From: an uncultured Gemmatimonadales bacterium
GTDB lineage: Bacteria; Gemmatimonadota; Gemmatimonadetes; Gemmatimonadales; GWC2-71-9
DNA length: 64,000 nucleotides
Reading direction: 5' to 3'
Assembly (NCBI GenBank): GCA_963821385.1
Contig: CAWGDK010000003.1
Coordinates: forward strand, 74,699 to 138,698
Of this stretch, positions 22,536 to 31,338 are shown in pieces. Numbering within the stretch: position 1 is the stretch's first letter; each line of letters starts with the position of its first letter. The notes under the pieces were generated by a model that was given only the letters and a program-made list of their open reading frames with translations, was not told where the DNA came from and did no database searches. A program made the position numbers and the translations under genes.

Positions 22536-23246
22536 TCAACGCGAAGCGGTTTCGTCCAGCCGCTCCACCACTGCGGTTCCGGACACCGGCACCGGGGGGC
22601 GCCGAAACGCACCGAACACCGACGGCCGTCCCGGACGAATCAGCATCACGTCTCCCGGCGGCGGCTCTTCCAGACCCTCGAGCGTGAGAAACACCCAGGC
22701 CCGTGGGTCCATTGCCGGCAGGGTGACCCGATACGTCGCCCCGTGCCAGATCACCTCGACCCGCTCTCCGCTCCCCGCTCCCTGGCCAGTCTCGATGAAC
22801 ACGTCATCATCCACCTTTGTCACCCCGGGGCCGAGCGTCTCCCCGTTGCGGTAGAATACCGGGTCGAACGCGTCGCCTTCCTGCCGGGCGAAATTCTGCT
22901 CGGCGGCCCAGTCGTACGCTTCGAGGTTGGCGACGTTCGCCTGCCATTCGAGGTGATGGCGCAGCTCGTGGGTCAGGGTTTCCCACGCTTCCTCGCGCCA
23001 GTCGAACTCACCCAGGCGCGCCAGCGCCTGAAATGATCCGTGATAGAGGACGATGCGCGATTGCAGGCCCGCGCCTGAGTCGCTCCACTCGAGCGGGATA
23101 CACTCGCCCAGGGTGTAGATGTCGGCGCGGATGGGATGGGGAACGGTCTTGGGGCTGACGTCGATCTCGACCACGCCGCCCTGAAACGGCGCGGGAATGT
23201 CTCCCTGGAAGCGCTGCACCATCGTGCGGAAGTCGTCGAACCGCAC
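22536..23246 (-). CDS. Zincin-like metallopeptidase domain protein
   Basis: TLGEC...IVLYHGSF...ETLTHELRHH (HExxH); GTG start immediately after the glyQS stop. Confidence 0.8.
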   Translation of the reverse strand: MRFDDFRTMVQRFQGDIPAPFQGGVVEIDVSPKTVPHPIRADIYTLGECIPLEWSDSGAGLQSRIVLYHGSFQALARLGEFDWREEAWETLTHELRHHLEWQANVANLEAYDWAAEQNFARQEGDAFDPVFYRNGETLGPGVTKVDDDVFIETGQGAGSGERVEVIWHGATYRVTLPAMDPRAWVFLTLEGLEEPPPGDVMLIRPGRPSVFGAFRRPPVPVSGTAVVERLDETASR

Positions 23247-23247
23247 C

Positions 23248-24585
23248 CTAGGCCTTGAGCCTCTCCTCCAGGTGCTCGACCAGACGATCCGCGGCGACGC
23301 GCACCTGCTGCAGCGTATCCCGGTCCCGCACGGTGACGGTCTGGTCCTGGGTCGACTGGCCGTCGATCGTGATTCCGAACGGCGTTCCGGCCTCGTCCTG
23401 GCGGCGGTAGCGACGGCCGATCGACCCGCCGTCGTCGTAGAACGTGTTGAAGCGAGCGCGCACGCCATCGTAAATGCGCCGCGCCAGCTCCGGCATCCCG
23501 TCCTTGTTCACGAGCGGGAACACCGCCGCCTTGAGCGGGGCGAGCGACGGATGGAACCGCATCACCACGCGCTTCTCGCCCTCGACGTCTTCTTCGTGAT
23601 AAGCATCGCACAACAGGACGAGCGTGGTCCGGTCCGCGCCCACTGACGTCTCCACCACGAACGGCACATACCGCTCGTTGGCCGCCGTGTCCATGTACTC
23701 CAGTTTCTTGCCGGTGGCCTCCTGATGCCGCGTCAGGTCGAAGTTGGTACGGTTGTGGATCCCTTCGAACTCGTGCCACCCAAACGGGAACTCGTATTCG
23801 ATGTCGTAGGCATCCTTGGCATAGTGGGCCAGCTCGTCCGCGGTGTGCTGGTGGAAGCGGAGCTTCTCGGGCCGCACGCCCAGGGCGGCGTGCCACTTCA
23901 TCCGTTCGTGCCGCCAGAACTCGAACCATTCATCTTCGGTCCCCGGCTTGACGAAGAACTGCATTTCCATCTGTTCGAATTCACGGGTGCGAAAGATGAA
24001 GTTCCCCGGGGTGATTTCGTTGCGGAACGCTTTCCCGATCTGGGCGATCCCGAACGGCGGCTTCTGGCGCGAAGACTGGAGCACGTTCAGGTAGTTCACG
24101 TAGATCCCCTGCGCCGTCTCCGGCCGCAGGTAGACGACCGCGGCCGACTCTTCCACCGGTCCCATGAACGTCTTGAACATCAGGTTGAACTGGCGGGGCG
24201 CCGTCAGCGTACCCTTCATCCCGCACACCGGGCACTGGGCGTCCGGCTGCCCCGGTGTCCCCTTGATGCGCGGATCGTCGGCGCGAAACCGGTTCTTGCA
24301 TTGCTTGCAGTCGACCAGCGGATCGGTGAAGCCGGACACATGGCCGGACGCTTCCCACACCTTGGGATGCATCAGGATCGCTGCATCGAGCCCTTCGATG
24401 TCCTCCCGCTCGTGCACCATGGAGCGCCACCAGCGCTCTTTCACGTTCTTCTTCAGCTCCACTCCCAGCGGTCCGTAGTCCCATACCGACCCGAGACCCC
24501 CGTAGATCTCGGATGACTGGAATACGAAACCGCGTCGCTTGGCGAGCGACACGAGCTTGTCCATCACGTTGTCGGCAGGAGGCAT
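23248..24585 (-). CDS. glyQS: Glycine--tRNA ligase (alpha2 dimeric type)
   Basis: KRRGFVFQSSEIYGG, YLRPETAQGI, FRNEITPGNFIFRTREFEQME, SIGRRYRRQDE. Confidence 0.97.
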   Translation of the reverse strand: MPPADNVMDKLVSLAKRRGFVFQSSEIYGGLGSVWDYGPLGVELKKNVKERWWRSMVHEREDIEGLDAAILMHPKVWEASGHVSGFTDPLVDCKQCKNRFRADDPRIKGTPGQPDAQCPVCGMKGTLTAPRQFNLMFKTFMGPVEESAAVVYLRPETAQGIYVNYLNVLQSSRQKPPFGIAQIGKAFRNEITPGNFIFRTREFEQMEMQFFVKPGTEDEWFEFWRHERMKWHAALGVRPEKLRFHQHTADELAHYAKDAYDIEYEFPFGWHEFEGIHNRTNFDLTRHQEATGKKLEYMDTAANERYVPFVVETSVGADRTTLVLLCDAYHEEDVEGEKRVVMRFHPSLAPLKAAVFPLVNKDGMPELARRIYDGVRARFNTFYDDGGSIGRRYRRQDEAGTPFGITIDGQSTQDQTVTVRDRDTLQQVRVAADRLVEHLEERLKA

Positions 24586-24609
24586 AGGGCCGGGAAGTAT
24601 AGGAACGCG

Positions 24610-25692
24610 TCAGGGGAGGGGCAACCCGAATGCCTCGCGCGTGGCGCGCTCACCGAGCCGGACCAATCCGGCAGCATCGAGGATCCGACCCTCCCCGCTC
24701 AAGGCGGGAACGCCCGGTGCATCGGCGACCTGGCCGGCGACGATCGCGGCGCGTTTGCGCGCGTCCCGTGCGCGCCGCAGCACTTCGCCCGTCGCCTTTC
24801 CCAATCGCGACGTGCGGTCGAACGCACCCTCCCCCGTAATCACCAGGTCGGCCTTGGCGAGCGCGGCATCAAACCCCACGCGGTCCAGCACCCAGGGGGC
24901 CCCGGGCACGAGCTCGGCCTTGGCGAAGAACACCAGCCCGGCTCCCAACCCCCCGGCCGCGCCGCCGCCGGACATCGTCGCCAGCTCCGGATGACCGTGG
25001 CTCGCCCAGGCCGCGGCGAGCCGGTCCAGTCCCGCGGCAAGCTGTTGGACCTGCTCCGGCGTCGCGCCTTTTTGTGGCGCGAATACCGCGGCCGCGCCGT
25101 CGGGCCCGACGAGGGGTGAACGAACGTCGGTGAGCGCCACGATCCGCACCGGCATCGCCCACCCCGGACTCCAGTCGGCGAGGACCGACAACGCCGCGCC
25201 GCCCTCGGGGAGCTCCGCGCCGCCCAAGTCAGAGAACGTCCATCCCAGCCCGCGCGCGGCCCCCACCCCACCGTCGACGCTCGCCGAGCCGCCGAGTCCG
25301 ATGATGACACTCTTCGCCCCGCGGTCGACGGCTTCCACCAGGAGCTCGCCCACGCCACGGCTGGTCGCGGCGAGGGGGTTGCGTCGCTCGGCGCTGAGCA
25401 AGGCGAGGCCACACGCGCTGGCGCTCTCGAACAGCGCCGTCTCGCTATCGATCCATCCCAGCTCCGCTTGGACTGGAACACCCAGCGGACCGGTCACGGC
25501 GACGCGTTCTCGCACGGCGGTTGGCTCGAGAACCGCTTCCAGCAGACCGTCCCCGCCGTCCGACAGCGGGCACACGAGCACGATCGCGTGCGGCAACGCG
25601 CGACGTGCCCCCTCGGCCAACGCGTCGGCCGCCTGGCGTGGACCGATGGTTCCTTTGAATGCGGCCGGGGCAACGAGGATGGTTTGGGTCAT
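24610..25692 (-). CDS. glxK: Glycerate kinase
   Basis: APAAFKGT, PLSDGGDG, GLGGSASVDGG, FAPQKGA, GAAGGLG, VITGEG. Confidence 0.92.
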   Translation of the reverse strand: MTQTILVAPAAFKGTIGPRQAADALAEGARRALPHAIVLVCPLSDGGDGLLEAVLEPTAVRERVAVTGPLGVPVQAELGWIDSETALFESASACGLALLSAERRNPLAATSRGVGELLVEAVDRGAKSVIIGLGGSASVDGGVGAARGLGWTFSDLGGAELPEGGAALSVLADWSPGWAMPVRIVALTDVRSPLVGPDGAAAVFAPQKGATPEQVQQLAAGLDRLAAAWASHGHPELATMSGGGAAGGLGAGLVFFAKAELVPGAPWVLDRVGFDAALAKADLVITGEGAFDRTSRLGKATGEVLRRARDARKRAAIVAGQVADAPGVPALSGEGRILDAAGLVRLGERATREAFGLPLP

Positions 25693-25719
25693 CGCATCCT
25701 GCTAGAAGATGAGGGGAAA

Positions 25720-25743
25720 CACCGTGGCGCAGGCACCACGGCG
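25720..25743 (-). terminator. Hairpin upstream of glxK (weak terminator-like)
   Basis: Minus strand CGCCGTGGTGC-CT-GCGCCACGGTG followed by TTT; its G.U pairs only work on the minus strand. Confidence 0.4.
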
Positions 25744-25855
25744 GTGATGGAAGTCTCTGTTCTTACAGCACTTAGATGCTGGGCCCCCGCTTGCCATTAC
25801 TGCTGGCAGCCGGTGCGCTTGGTCGGATAGGGCGCTCGACTCGAGCGGCTGGCTA

Positions 25856-25890
25856 GCCCTCCGGGGGAAACTCCGGGGGGCGTTGTGTTT
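25856..25890 (+). terminator. Plus-strand intrinsic terminator with GAAA tetraloop
   Basis: GCCCTCCGGGG-GAAA-CTCCGGGGGGC followed by GTTGTGTTT; the two G.U pairs, GNRA loop and U-tract all fit the + strand. Confidence 0.6.
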
Positions 25891-25894
25891 GCAG

Positions 25895-28237
25895 TCAGCG
25901 GCTATCGGCCGCGACGAGTGTCAGCGTATCAATCGCACGGACGCGATGCACGTCGACCGGGACGATCCACAGGTCGCCCTGCATCCAGCGCGCGGTTTGA
26001 TCGCGGTAGTGCCGGGAGCGCGGATTGCCGGATTGCCCGGTGGGCAGGATGAACCCGCCTGATCCATCGACGTCGCCGAAATCGACCACGTGCCGCATCG
26101 AGGGCCCCTCCGTACAGCGATAGGGCGGCGTGTACTGAGGCGCGGGACACACATTGACGGTCTGATTGCCGCCGCCCAGATGCAGCGGACCCACGTTGAA
26201 GCCCGCCAACCACCCGAGCACCGGCACTGATCCGAGCGGATGACGCTGGGTATGGACGTGCACCTCCCCCCACGGTCGTGGTGCGCCACGGGCCAGCACG
26301 CTGTCCATCGCATGTTCTGCGAGCGTCGCCAGGTCCTCGGGCTCGGGCGTCCGCACATCGTCGAACCAGAGGCTCTGGCCCGCCAAGAGCCAGCGGTGCA
26401 TCGGCGCCGACGGCCGGAAGTCCGGCGACTCGTCGTCGTAGGTCAGGGCCTGCAGCTCGCGATACCAGGCCCACACCAGCGTCGGCTCGGTCCGATCGAC
26501 CGCCATGTCGCCGTTCCAGCCGCGAATCTGTTCGGCCAGGGCATTGCCGCGCGTCCCCACTTCGCCGCATGGTCGCGGATTGGGTGCCGGGGGATGCGGC
26601 CGGCACGCCGCCTCGATGGCGTCTGATGCGATCGGGGCCACCTGCCGCAGAAAGATGCTTACCTGGTCCACCTGCTCGCGGGCGACCATGGCCGCGGTGG
26701 CGGCGGTGTCGCGCCGGACCATCTCCCAGATCCGTTGCGCGCGATCCGGAAAGTCGTAGTCGGCCCGAATCCGAATCGGAAACACATCCCCCACGATGCG
26801 ATTGTTGGCCGTGACGATGAAGCCGCTCGCCGGATTCACCATCCGGGGCAGCTCCGCCGTGGTCAGGTTGCGGGTCCACCCGCCGCCCGCGCTCCAGCCC
26901 GGCTCCGGACGCGAGCCATCCCCCGTCCGCCGCACCGGGACGAATCCCGCGAGGTAGTACGCGATCGTTCCCCCGGTGTCGGCGTACACGACGTTCTGTT
27001 CAGGCGAGCGAAATGTCTCGAGGGCCGACTCGAACTCCTGACGGGTCGTCGCGCGAGCCATGCCGATCAACGCCGCCAGCTCGTCGGAGGGCTGCTGCGC
27101 GGTCCACCGCAACGCAAAGGCCGTCTGGGAATCGGGCCGCCAGCCCACCTCGACCAGGGGGCCACTCGCCGTCCGGTGGCGCTGATAGATCACCGCGTCG
27201 CGCCCCTTCACCTGCAGCGTCTCCACCACGACTTCGACCGTCGACCACCCGGTGGGGGTGAGGTAGCGCGCGGTGTCGTTCGAGATCCGCTCCTGCACGT
27301 AGTCCACATCGTCGATCATGCCATTGGTGAAGCCCCAGCCATGACCCGCCGTATGGCCCAGCACGACTGGCGGCAAGCCCGGAATGGTGACCCCCACGAC
27401 CTCGTAGCCCGGCGCATGCGCGCCGACCAGATACCACAGCGACGGAGCCCGGAGCTCCAGATGCGGATCGTTCTCGAGGATCGGCTTGCCCGACCGGGTG
27501 TGACCGGGGCCGATGGCCCAGGAATTCGAGGCCGTGGCGTGGGCGTCTTCCGTCGACGAGCGCCAGGTGGTAGGTCCGTGACCGTTGGACCCTTCCACGA
27601 TCACCGGGGCGGAATTCGGGTACGGGACGAACAAATCCGCCGCCTTGGTTGCTCCCAGACTGGCGATGGCGCGGGCGTGCGCGATTTCGCCGTTGTCGCT
27701 GCGCAGCTCCCACGCTTCGAGCAGACCGATCTCGATCGAGTGGACAGTGCGCCAGGGTTCGGGGGTGTGCCCGACCACGCGGAATTCCACGGCGCGGTGA
27801 CCGGTGGCGATCCAGGCGTTGACGCCGCGCGCGTACGCCGCGCCGGCGGCGCGCGTGACCGCGGACGCGACGGCCTCTCGGGCGCGGGCGATGCGGCTCA
27901 TTTCCCGTTCCCGCAGTGCCCGGTCGTCCTCGATGGTCTGGGCGCCGAACAGCTCGCTCAGGCGTCCTTCCGCCGCGTGCCGCAGCAGGTCCATTTGCCA
28001 CAGGCGATCCCGGGCATGCAGGTAACCCAGCACGGCAAAGAAATCCGAGTCGCTGTGCGCGATGACGTGCGGGACTGCGAGCGAATCCCACAGGACGGTG
28101 ACCGAATCCCCCAGCCCCGGGATCGATGCGCGGCCGCTCCGCGCGGGCTCGAGCGACCCGATCCACCACCGGACGCCCACCAGCCCAAGGCCGGCGAGCA
28201 CCAGCAACGCAAGGAGGATACGCCGCACCACGCGCAT
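25895..28237 (-). CDS. Penicillin acylase family Ntn-hydrolase
   Basis: N-terminal membrane anchor, GYLHARDRLWQMDLLR, catalytic SNSW, NDPHL, PTGQSGNP.SRHYRDQ. Confidence 0.93.
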   Translation of the reverse strand: MRVVRRILLALLVLAGLGLVGVRWWIGSLEPARSGRASIPGLGDSVTVLWDSLAVPHVIAHSDSDFFAVLGYLHARDRLWQMDLLRHAAEGRLSELFGAQTIEDDRALREREMSRIARAREAVASAVTRAAGAAYARGVNAWIATGHRAVEFRVVGHTPEPWRTVHSIEIGLLEAWELRSDNGEIAHARAIASLGATKAADLFVPYPNSAPVIVEGSNGHGPTTWRSSTEDAHATASNSWAIGPGHTRSGKPILENDPHLELRAPSLWYLVGAHAPGYEVVGVTIPGLPPVVLGHTAGHGWGFTNGMIDDVDYVQERISNDTARYLTPTGWSTVEVVVETLQVKGRDAVIYQRHRTASGPLVEVGWRPDSQTAFALRWTAQQPSDELAALIGMARATTRQEFESALETFRSPEQNVVYADTGGTIAYYLAGFVPVRRTGDGSRPEPGWSAGGGWTRNLTTAELPRMVNPASGFIVTANNRIVGDVFPIRIRADYDFPDRAQRIWEMVRRDTAATAAMVAREQVDQVSIFLRQVAPIASDAIEAACRPHPPAPNPRPCGEVGTRGNALAEQIRGWNGDMAVDRTEPTLVWAWYRELQALTYDDESPDFRPSAPMHRWLLAGQSLWFDDVRTPEPEDLATLAEHAMDSVLARGAPRPWGEVHVHTQRHPLGSVPVLGWLAGFNVGPLHLGGGNQTVNVCPAPQYTPPYRCTEGPSMRHVVDFGDVDGSGGFILPTGQSGNPRSRHYRDQTARWMQGDLWIVPVDVHRVRAIDTLTLVAADSR

Positions 28238-29517
28238 CACGTGACCTCGATGATCTGATCGCGATGCGTGCCCACGCTCACGTAGCGGATTGGCGCGTGG
28301 GACAGATCCTGCAGCCGGTCGAGATAGGCGCGGGCCGCGGCCGGCAGATCGGCCATACGTCGCGCCTTTGCGGTCGACTGCTGCCATCCGGTCAGCGTCT
28401 CGTACACCGGCTGGACCCGCTCCATGCGCTCCAGGTCGGCGGGCATCCCGTCCATCGCCTCGCCGTCCAGCCGGTAGCCGACGGCGACCGGGATTTCTGC
28501 GAAGCTGTCGAGCACGTCGAGCTTGGTGACCGCCAGCCCGCTCAGACCGTTGACGCGCACCGCGTAGCGGACCACGACGGCATCGAACCACCCGCAGCGT
28601 CGCGGCCGCCCGGTCGTGGCGCCGAACTCGCCGCCCAGCTTGCGGATCCGTTCGGCCGTGGCCGGCTCGGCCTCGGTCGGCAGCGGGCCGTTCCCGACCC
28701 GCGTAGTGTACGCTTTGACGACGCCCAATACCGCATCGATCGCGGTAGGACCGATCCCGGCGCCCACGGCGGCGCCCCCGGCGGTGGTGTTGGACGACGT
28801 CACATACGGGTAGGTGCCGTGATCGACGTCCAGCAGCGCGCCTTGTGCGCCTTCCAGCAGCACCGAATCACCGCGTTGCAGGGCATCGTAGACCGCTCGT
28901 CCCGCATCGATCGCCAGTGGCAGCAACCGCGGTGCGATCCGGGCCAGCAGGTCGCGGTGCTCCCGCTCGTCCGCACGCTCGGTCGCGCCCAGGAGCTGCA
29001 GCATCTCGTTCGCCGCGATCACGCGCTCGGCGACGTGCTGCTGCGCCCGGTCCAGCTGGCGCAGGTCGCCCACCCGGATGCCGCGGCGCCCGTACTTGTC
29101 TTCGTAGGTCGGCCCGATGCCCCGTCCCGTGGTCCCGATCCGCTCCCGCCGCTCCCGCGCCTGATCCAGCAGCTTGTGGAACGGCATGGTCAAATGGGCC
29201 CGATCCGAGACGAACAACCGCTGCTCCAGCTTCACCCCGCGGGTAGCGAGGGTGTCGAGCTCGGTGAAGAAGGTCTCCGGGTCGAGGACGACGCCGTTGC
29301 CGACCACGCACACGGCGCCCTGCAGGATGCCCGACGGGATTTGATGCAGCACGAACGCGCCGGCCGCGGTGTGCACGGTGTGGCCTGCGTTCGCCCCTCC
29401 CTGGTAGCGGACGACCAGGTCGGCGCGCTCGGCGAGCACGTCCACGACCTTCCCTTTGCCTTCGTCGCCCCATTGGGCGCCGACGACGACGACGCAATGA
29501 ACCTTGGCTCCGAACAA
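28237..29517 (-). CDS. purA: Adenylosuccinate synthetase
   Basis: GAQWGDEGKGK, GGANAGHT, IGTTGRGIGPTY, GATTGRPRRCGW. Confidence 0.98.
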   Translation of the reverse strand: MFGAKVHCVVVVGAQWGDEGKGKVVDVLAERADLVVRYQGGANAGHTVHTAAGAFVLHQIPSGILQGAVCVVGNGVVLDPETFFTELDTLATRGVKLEQRLFVSDRAHLTMPFHKLLDQARERRERIGTTGRGIGPTYEDKYGRRGIRVGDLRQLDRAQQHVAERVIAANEMLQLLGATERADEREHRDLLARIAPRLLPLAIDAGRAVYDALQRGDSVLLEGAQGALLDVDHGTYPYVTSSNTTAGGAAVGAGIGPTAIDAVLGVVKAYTTRVGNGPLPTEAEPATAERIRKLGGEFGATTGRPRRCGWFDAVVVRYAVRVNGLSGLAVTKLDVLDSFAEIPVAVGYRLDGEAMDGMPADLERMERVQPVYETLTGWQQSTAKARRMADLPAAARAYLDRLQDLSHAPIRYVSVGTHRDQIIEVT

Positions 29518-29531
29518 CGACCCCCCTCAGT

Positions 29532-29554
29532 AAAAAAGCCCCGACAGGCGGGGC
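29532..29554 (-). terminator. Intrinsic terminator-like hairpin directly upstream of the purA RBS
   Basis: GCCCCG-CCTGT-CGGGGC-TTTTTT on the minus strand. Confidence 0.65.
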
Positions 29555-29596
29555 GGGAATCCTCTGACAGAAACTACAGACGAGTCGCTCAGACGG

Positions 29597-30457
29597 CTAG
29601 GCAGTCGTCAGGAAGGCGGCGACGGCGCCAGCCACCTCCTCAACGCCATTGAGGTTGAGACGGTCTGCGGCATCACGCGTGGTGTGCACGACGCGCATCG
29701 TTCCCCAGTTGCCTTTCATGATGGTGACGCACTCACGCGCGGCGGGGGCGAGCGCCATGCCGTCTACCACCACGGGCAGCCGGCGCCACACGCCGGCGCC
29801 GAGTGACGTGGCGACACCGGTGACCGTCGGTCCGGCCCGGTGCATGAGCGCCGTGATCCCGCCGCAGTCGTCGATGCCATCGAAATTGATCACCGCCGTC
29901 CCCTCGAGCAGATTGGCCCGATCGCGTGCCAGCGCCCGGGCGCCCACGAGACCCATCTCCTCGGCGTCGAGCAGCAACGCCCCGACCGCCGCGGACGGCG
30001 GCAGGGCGTCGAGGGTGGCGAGGACCGTCAGCACCCCACTCATGTTGTCGAGGGCGCCGGGGGAGTGGTTGGTGACGCGGTTCAGTCCCAGGAACAGTGC
30101 CGCCGCCAGGACGGCGGGGATCCAAATGCCAAAGGGGATCGCGAGTAGGGTGGCGACGACGATTCCCACCAGCACCAGGCGCGCCGCCATGGAGGCGGGT
30201 TGGCCCTTCGAGTCGTAGTGGGCCGCGAGCCAGGTGGTGACGCGGGTCTGGGGCCGCACGGCGATGAGATTGACGCCGTCCGCGGGGTGGACGCCCCACA
30301 GCGGGAAGCGGGACGTCGCGCGGAATCGGTGCTCCAGCACGACCAGGCCGCGGCGGGTCAGCTCGCGCTTCAGGACGTCGCGGGCTCGTGCGTGATTGGG
30401 GGTCCCGACCAGGCGCGGCGCGGCGAGCTCGGCCAACAGCGCGCGTGCGTCGGTCAC
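29597..30457 (-). CDS. M28 family peptidase with internal hydrophobic hairpin
   Basis: PRLVGT, AAHYDSK, PGALDNMSG, DAEEMGLVGA, INFDG, VVHTTRD; GTGA overlap with the upstream gene. Confidence 0.85.
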   Translation of the reverse strand: MTDARALLAELAAPRLVGTPNHARARDVLKRELTRRGLVVLEHRFRATSRFPLWGVHPADGVNLIAVRPQTRVTTWLAAHYDSKGQPASMAARLVLVGIVVATLLAIPFGIWIPAVLAAALFLGLNRVTNHSPGALDNMSGVLTVLATLDALPPSAAVGALLLDAEEMGLVGARALARDRANLLEGTAVINFDGIDDCGGITALMHRAGPTVTGVATSLGAGVWRRLPVVVDGMALAPAARECVTIMKGNWGTMRVVHTTRDAADRLNLNGVEEVAGAVAAFLTTA

Positions 30458-31338
30458 GCCGCCAACAGCTGTCCGATGCGCTCCCGTTCTGGGTCTGCGA
30501 GCGGCGCGAGCGGGTCGCGCACCGGTCCACCGTACAACCCGACGGCGTCCATGGCCGCCTTGATCGCCGCCGGCCCCCGGGCCACGATCTCCTTGTCGAG
30601 CTTTGCCAGGCGGGCCTGCAGCGTACCGGACCGGCCGTAGTTTCCGGCTCGGAACGTCGCCAGCAACTCCGCGGACATGGCCGACGCGAAACACGCCACC
30701 GCCACGATGCCACCGACAAACCCCGCCTCGAGCGCAGGGACCAGCAACGAGGCCGAACCCATGAACAGCGACCATCCGGGAACGGCCGCGCGATAGGCGT
30801 GCAGGTTTTCCAGATCTCCCGAGGAGTCCTTCGCCCCGACGATGTTGCCGTGGGCGGCGAGGCGGTTCAACAGCTCGGGCGGGACCGGCAGCCGCGTGTG
30901 CTTGGGAATGTTGTAGACGAGTACTGGGACCGGGCTGGCATCCGCCACCGCGCGGTAGTACGCCCCAAGGCTATCGGCGGAATGCGCGGTGCTGAAATAG
31001 CTCGGTGGCCGCACCAGCACGGCATCGGCGCCCTCCGCAGCGGCGGCGCACGACAAGGCGATCGCGGCGCGCGTGGACTCCGCGCCGGTGCCGGCCAGCA
31101 ACCAGCGGTCGCCTGGCACCACCGGCCGCAACGCGCCGACGAGCCGCCGGTGCTCGTCCGGCTCGAGCAGCGCCGCCTCGCCCGTCGTGCCGGCGACGAC
31201 GATGCCGTTCAACCCGTTCGCGAGCAGCCGCTGGACGTTCTGGACCGCCAGGCGCAGCGCCAGTTCGCCCGTGCCCGGCTCGAACGGCGTCGTGACCGGA
31301 GCCAGGATCCCCCCCAGCACTCGGGCTGGCGCGGTCAT
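30454..31338 (-). CDS. Dihydrodipicolinate synthase family aldolase
   Basis: PVTTPF, GTTGE, VYNIP, GAKDSSG (Schiff-base Lys). Confidence 0.9.
   Translation of the reverse strand: MTAPARVLGGILAPVTTPFEPGTGELALRLAVQNVQRLLANGLNGIVVAGTTGEAALLEPDEHRRLVGALRPVVPGDRWLLAGTGAESTRAAIALSCAAAAEGADAVLVRPPSYFSTAHSADSLGAYYRAVADASPVPVLVYNIPKHTRLPVPPELLNRLAAHGNIVGAKDSSGDLENLHAYRAAVPGWSLFMGSASLLVPALEAGFVGGIVAVACFASAMSAELLATFRAGNYGRSGTLQARLAKLDKEIVARGPAAIKAAMDAVGLYGGPVRDPLAPLADPERERIGQLLAA

Noticed and set aside
25741-25790. Fluoride riboswitch (GGTGATGG start)
   Set aside because: The downstream pairing and the CUGAUG-type 3' element are missing, and no gene follows on that strand.
25747-25830. 27-aa Cys-rich peptide MEVSVLTALRCWAPACHYCWQPVRLVG upstream of the + strand terminator
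   Set aside because: Many A/T-ending codons unlike this genome, weak RBS and no modifying enzymes nearby; an RNA explanation is preferred, although the peptide cannot be fully excluded.
29555-29596. Purine riboswitch upstream of purA (AGTTTCT)
   Set aside because: Region too short; no P1-P3 three-way junction or loop-loop motifs.
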